Source: an archaeon (GTDB lineage Archaea > Iainarchaeota > Iainarchaeia > Iainarchaeales > CSSED10-239). Taken from it: 32,000 bases of DNA. Both the position numbers and the translations under genes were made by a program. How positions within the stretch are numbered: position 1 is the first letter of the stretch; each line of letters begins with the position of its first letter. Below are positions 1-9,000 of the stretch, one piece after another. The DNA lies in the NCBI GenBank assembly GCA_041657425.1, contig JBBABY010000004.1, forward strand, positions 60,001-92,000, in the 5' to 3' direction. The notes under the pieces were generated by a model, which did not search any database, was not told the DNA's origin, and saw only the letters and a list, made by a program, of their open reading frames with translations.

Positions 1-313
1 CATAGAAATAATCTTTTTCTTTATCACTAGAAATATTTACTCTATCAACTTGTAATTCCATATTCATTTTTTCATTTAAATTTTGATAAGTGGTATATGC
101 TGAATATGCTCCACCTATTACTCCATAAAGCACTGGGCCTCCAGCTAACAGTTTATCAAAAGTACTTACTAGCAGTCCTGCACCTTTTTCAAGAAGACTT
201 TGTTCTACTTTGGCTTTAGCCGCATCCACCGGATCAGCAGAAACAGTCCCTATATTTACTAATAGCATTAAAGCTATTGTTAGTCCTAAAATAAATTTTA
301 GATTTGATTTCAT
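1..313 (-). CDS. Small secreted protein, truncated by the window edge (at least 104 aa)
   Basis: Not in the supplied ORF track because it runs off the window. ATG at 313..311, with AAGGTG 8-13 nt upstream. My hand translation is stop-free down to position 2: MKSNLKFILGLTIALMLLVNIGTVSA/DPVDAAKAKVEQSLLEKGAGLLVSTFDKLLAGGPVLYGVIGGAYSAYTTYQNLNEKMNMELQVDRVNISSDKEKDYFY. It has a classic n-h-c Sec signal peptide with a VSA-type cleavage site. It starts 25 nt after the stop of the 1863-aa gene. Confidence 0.55.
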   Translation of the reverse strand, partial: MKSNLKFILGLTIALMLLVNIGTVSADPVDAAKAKVEQSLLEKGAGLLVSTFDKLLAGGPVLYGVIGGAYSAYTTYQNLNEKMNMELQVDRVNISSDKEKDYFY

Positions 314-338
314 ATTTTACACCTTATTTTTTTAAATA

Positions 339-3300
339 TTAATTTAATTGATTACAAGCATTAATTAATATAGTATGCCCAGTTCCTGTTGTTGATAATA
401 TTGCACTCCACTTATTTTTTGGATAAGAACTATCTGTCCCAAAATAACAATATCGATAATGTGTTTTATCTGTACAAACATAAACTTGAGACTCTCCACT
501 TGGTCTTACATTAAATAAATTTTCTGCCGTTGTTCCAACTTTCTTATTTTTATCACAAATTGCTCCTGTTGTTGCAGAAATTGCTTCTTGAATTCTTTGT
601 TCTGAAACGGTTGGTTCTGTTGCTGGTGGTTCTGTTGCTGGTGGTTCTGTTGCTGGTGGTTCTGTTGCTGGTGGTTCTGTTGCTGATGGTTCTGTTGCTG
701 ATGGTTCTGTTGCTGATGGTTCTGTTGCTGATGGTTCTGTTGCTGATGGTTCTGCTACAGATATTACACAAATTGTTGCTGCAGAATCCATAAATTTTCG
801 TGCATCTGCTAGATTTAATTCTATAGATTTTTTATCTGGAAATTCCATAGACGCATATCTTTTCGCACCATCTAAGTAATTTTTAGCAGTTATTAAAGGC
901 GTACATGGATGGTTATATCGAACAATCTCAGATTCTAGAGTTGCTGATAAACTAATTATTACTAAATTTAATTCTTTAATTGTTTTTTCAGCACCATCTG
1001 TTGAAGAATTTGCAATACAAACGCCATTTACACAATCGTAACCTTCTAAGCAAGGACATCCAACTAAAGTTCCTTTCTCACATTTCCCACTAATACAGTT
1101 CTCTGTGCTTTTACATGCAGGATTACAATCTGTTTTCTCTGCCTCTGGTTTTACGGCAGCTACTGCTTGATATCCTGGACAACCGTCTTTACCTTCGTTT
1201 CCTTTTTGCTCACACCATTTCTTTTTTAATAATTCTTGACTTGGACTATCTGCTAAACCATCCTGCTCCAAAGATTTTAATGCTAAACTTAATGTGGTTT
1301 CTTTCATTGCCTTTTCTAAAGCTGCTTCTGCTACTTTTTCTGACTTCCCACTTGATTTTGCAATGTCTTTAACTTCTGCAGGAGTAAATAAGTTCTTTGC
1401 TAATCCAAAAAGAGATTTCATCCAGTCTCCCATGGATTGTGCACCCCAGGTTGCAAGGCCTGTGAATACGCCGTCTCTTAGTCCACTGAATATTGCCATT
1501 TTCCATCTTGCTGCTGAGGAAATTGAGCCTTCTACTTTTACTGTTTGACCGTAACAACGGTTGATAAGATTGACTGTATCAAAGCTTTTTGCTGTGACTT
1601 CGTTTCCTGTATTTTCTGAGTATTGATATCTATAAAGATCAAATTCGTATCTATCAAGGTCAAGGCATTGAGTTACTGGTCTTACTTCTACTCTAATCTT
1701 TCCAACATTTCTTTCTGAACCTCTTGCTCCACTTACTTTTGAATATACATTTACTAAATATATTCCTGGCATTGCACCCATTGACATTACTTTTATTTCT
1801 TCACTACTTCCGGTTGCTGGAACTGTAATGCTTTCTTTTGGACTTATTACTAAACCTGTACAGTCGTCGCATGAAAGACGATAAACTGTTTCTGAACCAC
1901 AACCTTTGTTTTCAATTGTAAAAGTATCTGGAGTTCCTGTTTCTGGTGCTGTTAATACTTTCTTTGAGATTGTATAACAGTCTTTTAAACTTACAACGTG
2001 AAGTATAAATTTATATTCACTTAATATTTCTTGATTACCTGCAGATGTTGCGTTAACTGATCTAAAGATAATCTTTCCTTTAATATCTCCTGTGTATCTT
2101 CCAACTGGAGTGTATTTTAAATTTACATTATATAATTTTTCTTGATCTACTGTGTCGTAGATATTCTTGTAGTAACCATTAGATAATTCAACTAATCTGT
2201 TACCAACATTAACTGTAAATACTCCTAATGGATTTCCTTCGAACTCAACTTTTGCTGAAAGTCCTCCGTTTAATGGAACTGGTCTTTCTCCAACAGCACA
2301 GTTGTTCTTTAAATTGAATTGTGTATCTGCATAGTAATCAACAATTGTAGTTTCCCACATTATTTCTGATAAACCTATACAGTTTGCGTTATCCATTAAC
2401 CCTTCAAAACCAACAGTTAGAGTTGCTGGTAATTCTGCATCCCAAACATACTCTCTATTGTATCTATCTCTTAATCTAATTACAAGCTTTGCAGGAACAT
2501 TTCTTAATTGCTTAATACTTTCTGCTCTTGGACTTGTAAAGAATCTTGCTTCTATTTCTTGTTTATTATTATAATTGTCTGCACTTGCATCTCCACTTGA
2601 ATCAATACCAGGAATGCTTATTTCATTATATCCTGCAAGAGACGCATTTACTCTTTCTACATCTATCACATCAATCTGGTCATCGTCTCCAACAAAAGTA
2701 ATTGATTGGATTATCAATTCACTTTCGCTTAAGTTTTCAATAGTGAATTTGGCATTTTCGGTTGTCTTTGTATTTACATTTAATGACACACCAAGTCTTA
2801 TTGGAGTTATTTTAAATATATTTTCTGTAACTTCAATTTCAGTTATACTTGTTTCATATTCTGGTGCTTCAACATAAACATATACTTTGTTTCCTGATTC
2901 TTGGCCAGGAACATTATTTACTGAAGCGATTCCAAGTGTGCCAACTTTAACTGGACTAGCTAAAAGATCTCTTTTAAATCTATCCTTTACTCTTACAGTT
3001 ACTGGACCTTCTACTTCTATACCGCTTGTAGTATCTTTAACTTCAACTTGAAGATTAAAGTTCTTTCCTGAAGGTACGACTTCCGGAGTAATCTTAACTG
3101 TAAATGTTTTATCTGAAAGAACATGTATTACTATTAATTTTGTAAATATTACTCTTTGATCAGAAATAAAAGTTAATACAAATTGTCTGTCTCCTTTTAA
3201 GATTGGAACAAATTGCATTTCTCCACTTACTGTTGTGTGTGGATTAAATTGGCTTACTACAACTTTGTATTCTGAATTGTTATCATTAACTGATAATGTT

Positions 3301-5930
3301 GTTGTGTCTCCATTTGGTTGAGTAATTATCATATTTTTAAATGTTAGTCCTTTGTCTAGATTTTTTATTTCTAATCTTGAATTACTATAGATTCTATCTT
3401 TATTATTATTGATTAAACCAAATTTTAATTTATAATTTTGCTGAGGAGTTGCTGTGTATTCGCTTACAACGTCTTCTCTTAAGTCTTCATCTAAGTTTGT
3501 AATGTTTAGACTAAAACAAAAATCATCAGAACATGCTTGTTCTTCTCCAATATTAAAGTTTTCTGTTTTATAAGTCATATATTCTACTAAATCATTATTG
3601 GTTTGATCAACAGGATCATTTTCATATTCATCATCTTCATTATATCCAAAACCTAAATAACTAATACTTACTTCTTCGCCATATACTGCTTCATCTTTTA
3701 CTTTTATGTCTGCAGTAACTGTATAAGCATTTGCATAATTCTTGCCGTAGATTTCATCAAATACTACTTTAAACCATTTACTGTCTCCTTCTGTTATAGT
3801 ATCTACGTCATCAACATTATCATATCCTTCTTCAGAACTATACTGAGTATATCTTGTAACTACTGCATTTGGAAGCTCTATTGATTTTATAAAAATACTA
3901 TCATTTTCAAAATATGGAGTTGCTACAGAAGACTTAGAACCAGTTCTTACAATTGCTCCTAATTCTTGGAACTCTTCATCACTATCTCTATCTTGTGGAA
4001 TTAATAATAAGAATTTTGCTTTGTATTCTCCACCTGCTCTCAAATCTTTATTTATCCTATTGCCTGTATCATTAAAGAAACCTAAAAATTCAATTTGTGG
4101 TTTTTGTAAAGCATTTACTTTAGGATATAATGTTACCTTTAATTCATTTGATTGATTTGGTTTGATATAAACATACTCTGATTGAGTTATTCCTAAATTA
4201 CTTGTAATATCAGAAACTACTGCATAAACTTCTGTATCTGAAACTAAATCTATAATCTCATAAGTCCCATCAACATTAGCAAGGTCTCCACCATAGACTG
4301 ATGTTCTTGAACTATATTTATCAAATAATATTATGTTTGCTCTTGGAACTGGTTCTCCGTCTTTATCAACTACGGAAATATTTAATGTGCCTTTAACAAC
4401 TACAATTGGAATTTGAATGGTTTCAAAATCAACTGCATTTCTTACATCAAATACAAAATCTTCACTTGATCCAATTGATGCACCTCTGAATGCTTTTGCA
4501 TAATAATTACCATTACTTACTCTAAATGTACAATTGCCATTGAAATCTGTTATTTTTGAATCATAGTCTGTTAAGAAACCAGTTTCAGAATCATATAATA
4601 CAACTTGTGCATGACTAAATCCTTTTCCGGTTTCACTATTAACAACTCTTACGTTTAATGTTGCTGCTGTTAATGGAGTTACTAACTGTAAAGTTATTGT
4701 TGCTTGAGGAGTTGTTGGTACTGTTGCTATTGCTATAATATTATTTTGTGCACCAATCATATATCCTTCTTTTTCTGCAACTATTCTATAAATTTTATTT
4801 AAATTATAAACTGGAACTGTTGCAAAACCATTTGCGTCTGTTAAGAATCCGCTAGAAATTTCTGCATCTCCTTCTTTTAATTTTAAATAAACTCCCTCAA
4901 TTGCCTGGCCATTTGCTTTCTTTACTTTCACTAAAATATATCCTGCTATTGATCTTGTTAAAATTACGGTTTGACTTGTTGTTCCTGTAACTGGGAAAGG
5001 CATTTCTGTAGAACCATATTCTGCATTTGATCTTGTATCTGTTACTCTTAAAGTATAATTACCGGTTTCCACACCTGTGATTGAACAAACACCTGTAACT
5101 GTTACACAATTTTTTCCTAAAATTGCAACACCGTTCTGATGTAAGCTTGCGGTTACTCCTGAAAGAGATTGACCATCTCCTAATACTGTAATATAAACTG
5201 GATACGCTCCTTCAAAATTATTAACTTCTGCGATTAAATCTAAATTTAATGTGCTTTGGGTAATTGATCCGTCGTATCTTGTTTGGTAACCTGGGATAAT
5301 TATTGACTTTACTCTTAATTGACAAGCACTATCAGCTGTAACTTCTACAACTCCATTTTTTACATTAACTGGTCCTGGTGCAGTTGCACCTGGGTTAATA
5401 CATAAAAATTCTGCTGTTCCGTTTTTGTTTATTTGTCTTCTAGTCTCTGAGTCAATTAAAGAAAATGTATATCTTGTTTGAGTCACTGTTGATATTGTCT
5501 CTAAAAATATTGATTGCTCTGTATCTTCTTCTGCTATAAATGAATCACCATATATTTCATAATCTGATCCTGCAAAATCAATATCTACTGTATACTCGCT
5601 ATCTTTTGGAATAATTACATTTTCAGTTACTCCATCTTCATTGGTTCTAAAATTATAAGTATTATCTATTGTTGCTACACTTACTGGTGCAAGAGGTACT
5701 GGGTCTCCAAGATCGTCCATTACTCTAAAAGTAATACTTACATCATTTCCGCCTTTAAATGCAGGAAGTGCTAAGAATATTCCTGCAATAATCATAATTA
5801 TTAAAAGTATGAAGAATAAGAAAGACGGCATGAACTTGTCAATCTTATCTGTAATTTTATACAACCCTGTTTTTTCCACAAAATCATAATATTTGTTTTC
5901 TAAATAGTAATAGATTTTACTTAATCCCAT
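339..5930 (-). CDS. Giant N-terminally anchored surface protein, paralog C (1863 aa)
   Basis: Uninterrupted 5592-nt ORF, ATG start, GGTG 9-12 nt upstream. N-terminus MGLSKIYYYLENKYY...MPSF, then a hydrophobic helix (about aa 36-57). Repeats of the CarboxypepD_reg/PEGA pattern, e.g. ISVVDKDGEPVPRANIILFD...DGTYEI...EVYAVVSD. Two-cysteine Ig-like repeats, a Cys-rich module, a (EPSAT)5(EPPAT)4 stalk and a small Cys-containing C-terminal domain. Confidence 0.9.
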   Translation of the reverse strand: MGLSKIYYYLENKYYDFVEKTGLYKITDKIDKFMPSFLFFILLIIMIIAGIFLALPAFKGGNDVSITFRVMDDLGDPVPLAPVSVATIDNTYNFRTNEDGVTENVIIPKDSEYTVDIDFAGSDYEIYGDSFIAEEDTEQSIFLETISTVTQTRYTFSLIDSETRRQINKNGTAEFLCINPGATAPGPVNVKNGVVEVTADSACQLRVKSIIIPGYQTRYDGSITQSTLNLDLIAEVNNFEGAYPVYITVLGDGQSLSGVTASLHQNGVAILGKNCVTVTGVCSITGVETGNYTLRVTDTRSNAEYGSTEMPFPVTGTTSQTVILTRSIAGYILVKVKKANGQAIEGVYLKLKEGDAEISSGFLTDANGFATVPVYNLNKIYRIVAEKEGYMIGAQNNIIAIATVPTTPQATITLQLVTPLTAATLNVRVVNSETGKGFSHAQVVLYDSETGFLTDYDSKITDFNGNCTFRVSNGNYYAKAFRGASIGSSEDFVFDVRNAVDFETIQIPIVVVKGTLNISVVDKDGEPVPRANIILFDKYSSRTSVYGGDLANVDGTYEIIDLVSDTEVYAVVSDITSNLGITQSEYVYIKPNQSNELKVTLYPKVNALQKPQIEFLGFFNDTGNRINKDLRAGGEYKAKFLLLIPQDRDSDEEFQELGAIVRTGSKSSVATPYFENDSIFIKSIELPNAVVTRYTQYSSEEGYDNVDDVDTITEGDSKWFKVVFDEIYGKNYANAYTVTADIKVKDEAVYGEEVSISYLGFGYNEDDEYENDPVDQTNNDLVEYMTYKTENFNIGEEQACSDDFCFSLNITNLDEDLREDVVSEYTATPQQNYKLKFGLINNNKDRIYSNSRLEIKNLDKGLTFKNMIITQPNGDTTTLSVNDNNSEYKVVVSQFNPHTTVSGEMQFVPILKGDRQFVLTFISDQRVIFTKLIVIHVLSDKTFTVKITPEVVPSGKNFNLQVEVKDTTSGIEVEGPVTVRVKDRFKRDLLASPVKVGTLGIASVNNVPGQESGNKVYVYVEAPEYETSITEIEVTENIFKITPIRLGVSLNVNTKTTENAKFTIENLSESELIIQSITFVGDDDQIDVIDVERVNASLAGYNEISIPGIDSSGDASADNYNNKQEIEARFFTSPRAESIKQLRNVPAKLVIRLRDRYNREYVWDAELPATLTVGFEGLMDNANCIGLSEIMWETTIVDYYADTQFNLKNNCAVGERPVPLNGGLSAKVEFEGNPLGVFTVNVGNRLVELSNGYYKNIYDTVDQEKLYNVNLKYTPVGRYTGDIKGKIIFRSVNATSAGNQEILSEYKFILHVVSLKDCYTISKKVLTAPETGTPDTFTIENKGCGSETVYRLSCDDCTGLVISPKESITVPATGSSEEIKVMSMGAMPGIYLVNVYSKVSGARGSERNVGKIRVEVRPVTQCLDLDRYEFDLYRYQYSENTGNEVTAKSFDTVNLINRCYGQTVKVEGSISSAARWKMAIFSGLRDGVFTGLATWGAQSMGDWMKSLFGLAKNLFTPAEVKDIAKSSGKSEKVAEAALEKAMKETTLSLALKSLEQDGLADSPSQELLKKKWCEQKGNEGKDGCPGYQAVAAVKPEAEKTDCNPACKSTENCISGKCEKGTLVGCPCLEGYDCVNGVCIANSSTDGAEKTIKELNLVIISLSATLESEIVRYNHPCTPLITAKNYLDGAKRYASMEFPDKKSIELNLADARKFMDSAATICVISVAEPSATEPSATEPSATEPSATEPSATEPPATEPPATEPPATEPPATEPTVSEQRIQEAISATTGAICDKNKKVGTTAENLFNVRPSGESQVYVCTDKTHYRYCYFGTDSSYPKNKWSAILSTTGTGHTILINACNQLN
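613..747 (-). repeat. Perfect 15-bp tandem repeat, 9 units in two blocks, encoding (EPSAT)5(EPPAT)4
   Basis: On the plus strand, ggttctgttgctggt x4 (613..672) is followed directly by ggttctgttgctgat x5 (673..747). Units within a block are identical. The blocks differ by one nucleotide (Pro versus Ser codon). Degenerate partial copies flank the array to about 757. It lies in frame inside the 1863-aa CDS. Confidence 0.95.
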
Positions 5931-6058
5931 GTTTATTGCACCATTTTATTTAATTTATTTTTATTTGAATATTTATTTTATTATATATTTATCTTTGTTC
6001 TCTTAATTTCTCAAATATATTTTCATATATATCTACTTTATTATATATATATAATATT

Positions 6059-9000
6059 TTACTGATAATTAATATTATTTATTATTAATGTGGTATTATT
6101 TACTTGAACTGTTTGGCCAGGAGTAATTGTGTAAGTTCCATCTATATTTGTAGAACTTGCAGAAGTGTTTAATGTTCCGCTTGTTTTAACTGTAATAGTC
6201 ATAATTCCTGCAGGGACCTTCCCAGAAATATTTAATTCAACTACGTTTCCAGTAATTTTTGCAGTACCGCTTGTTATATTTATAGTTGCGTCTTTATCTC
6301 CAGTTGCAAATTTAACAGTTCCACTTAATTTCTTTTCTTGTAAATTCATAGTTATTGTTTCTCCAACTACGCCTACCTTGGTCTGTCCTCCGGCAATTCC
6401 TGCATCAACTGCAAAGGTTCCGCTAGTTATTGTTAGACTTACTGAAGTTACATTATCGGCTACAGTGCTATTTGTAACTGAATTACTAGTAACTGTATTT
6501 CCTGGATTGTACCACAATGTAAAGTTACTATTATTGAAATTAAAACACATTGTATTTGTTTGTATCCCGTTCATCATGTTTGTAACTGTGCTTGTTTCTT
6601 CTTTTGAAAATGTACTTAGATTATTTACTGTTAAGTCTCTTGAAATTCCATATATATAATTATAACTTCCGTTTCCAACTGGCATTTCAGGAGTTACATT
6701 AAATTTCATTGATGATTTTGAAGACATCTTTAATTGATATGCTATTCCTTTAGTATTATCATTTAAATTTAAAAATGCAAAAATTGTGTCTCTTTTATTT
6801 GGATTAGTTAATGTGTTTATTTTTCCATTTGATATATATTCTATTAAATAATCACTTGTGGCTAATGCTTGTATTGGCCTTATATCTTTGAAAGTTATAC
6901 TGCTATGTGTTGCTGGTATTGTTAATATATAACCATCTTGAACAGTAGTCCAGTCATTATAGTTTGAAATTATATTTGTAATCCTTGCAGGTCCTGATCC
7001 AATTCCGTTCTTGAATGGCACACCTGTGTAATTGTAATAGAATGCATTTGTTGGATTTGTAAAGAAAATATTCTTTTTGAAATCTGCATGGGCAGAATTA
7101 TTGTAGTAATCTAATAGTTTTTTACTATCGTCAATTTTTTGTACACTATATGTTGTTGTTTTGGTATTTGAATTATTACTTAATTTATCTATAGTTACAA
7201 CATATGTTCCTGGAGTATTAATTTCTTTAATTGATGAACTTGTACTTAGATTAAATTTCCAAGAATCTACTAAAAAGTTATCTCTAGTAAATATGTCTTT
7301 TGTAATACCCTCATTTAGTTTGCCATAAGTTTTTGCATTAATTATAAATGAAGAAACTGTATCTCCATAATATATTTCCATAGTGGTTAAATATTGCTTT
7401 AAGAACTCTGCAATTATCTTTTTATCTGCTGGAGTTGTTGAAGCAATTCTTGTCTCTAATTTGTTTTCACTTCTTAAGAATGAATCAACTGTAAATTGAT
7501 AAATGGTTCCAACTGTATTTACATTATTATCACTAACTGTCTTTACAAGATTTGCAATATTTGTTGTAGATAAATCTGCATTTGAAACAACTGTGATTTC
7601 TATTATTGTAAACTTTCTTAACTCTACAGGAACTGTTTCTAGTATTCCTTTTAATTGTTGTAAATATGTATTTGGATCTGCAGGTTGTGCGAAAGGCACT
7701 TTTGCAACTTCTGCTTCTATTGCGTTTCTATCTAATGGATTTTCATCTACTAGATAAGGATTTGCTGCAACTTTGTTATTTTCTTTTCTAAAGTTGGTTC
7801 CATCTAATTGTATGGTATTATCTGCCATATATAAATCTGCTTTCTTTGACATTGCAATCCTTAATTGATCTTGGTCACAATATACTCTTCCATAATCGCA
7901 AGTGTTGTGATTAATCTCATCTGCATTATATGTGAATAATAATCTATTAAATCCAAATTTGGAAAAATTATCTTCTCCAGTAAATCCTAACTTATTATTT
8001 CCTTTTGGATCGTAACATTCTCCTTCTCCTAAAGCTTGACTATTACTAAAGAATTCAGGGAATTGATTTTCTATTGTAACAGTTACATCCACTGGAGTGG
8101 TGCTTGGGACTGTGCTTGGAGTTTCTGGTTGTTTACCATCTAAGGTTGGTGCACTAGTATCTTCTGGTAATTTATCTAAATAACCTAACCATTGAAGATT
8201 ATCTTTTAAAACAATTTCTTGCTCTAATTCACTTGCACTTAATCTTGGTGTGGAATAACCAACTGCAAGCATTGCTTTAAGATTAATTGCATTACCTAAA
8301 TCAAAATAATCTTTTCTTATGTTAGTTACTGTCTTTGCTGCACTTCTATTATAATCTGTTCTTAATGTCTTTTCATTAATTTCTGGATTTCTTCTAACTT
8401 CTATTGACATGATTTCGGTAGTTTTACCATCTATCATTCTATAAGTTTTCTTTGGTTTAAGATCGGCATTAACATCTCCAATTGAGAAAAATTGAATATC
8501 TCCAACTTTTAATTCATTTGGATTTAATACTTTTAAATTGATTAATGCATAACCCGCATCATAACAAGTATTAACTACTAATAACTTCTGTGGTTTTGAA
8601 TCTATTCCTGAGAAATCAAATTCTGTAGGATTAACAGTTATACAATCTTCAGGTAAAATATCTACTGGTCTGTTTACAATTACAGAAATATCTTTAACAT
8701 ATGTATATTCTTCTATAGTGTCGTCATTTGGTTTTGCACTCATTGCTATCTTGTATTGTCCAAGAACTTGTGCGCCTTGTAAACCTAATAATTTACTTTC
8801 TCCTTTCTTAATTATCATTTCTGATTCTGTAGTTATTGTTACTCCTGCTAAAGCATTAAATTGTAATGCTAATTCTTCGTAACAATTATTTTTAATTTGC
8901 ACTTGTGCTGATTGACAACCGAATTGCCCATTTTGGGAGAAACTTGAATTTGGATAACCGTTCATGTTCTCTCTGAAATCATTATATGGAAACTGGTTAT

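Noticed and set aside
613-757. Short direct repeats that might be taken for a CRISPR array.
   Set aside because: Units are 15 bp and contiguous with no spacers. They lie in frame within a CDS and encode a pentapeptide repeat.
530-793. Two overlapping ORFs (530..793 plus strand, 553..771 minus strand) with repetitive LLLVV / NRTIS translations.
   Set aside because: They are out-of-frame or antisense readings of the 15-bp tandem repeat inside paralog C, kept open only by the repeat itself.
6059-6200. C-termini of the giants checked for archaeosortase/sortase-type sorting signals (PGF-CTERM, LPXTG, C-terminal TM plus basic tail).
   Set aside because: None is present. All three end in hydrophilic sequence (…INNINYQ, …ACNQLN, …YAIPKVA), so anchoring appears to rely on the N-terminal helix only.
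6165-6659. Plus-strand ORFs of 60-164 aa listed in the track inside the giant genes. Examples: 6165..6659, 10002..10433, 17285..17695, 15905..16225, 18533..18862, 2575..2877, 28828..29145.
   Set aside because: All are antisense to long, clearly coding minus-strand ORFs. Their translations are low-complexity and rich in Leu, Phe, Ile, Val and Ser, as expected from reading the complement of Asn/Lys/Glu/Thr-rich codons. None has start context or a recognisable motif.
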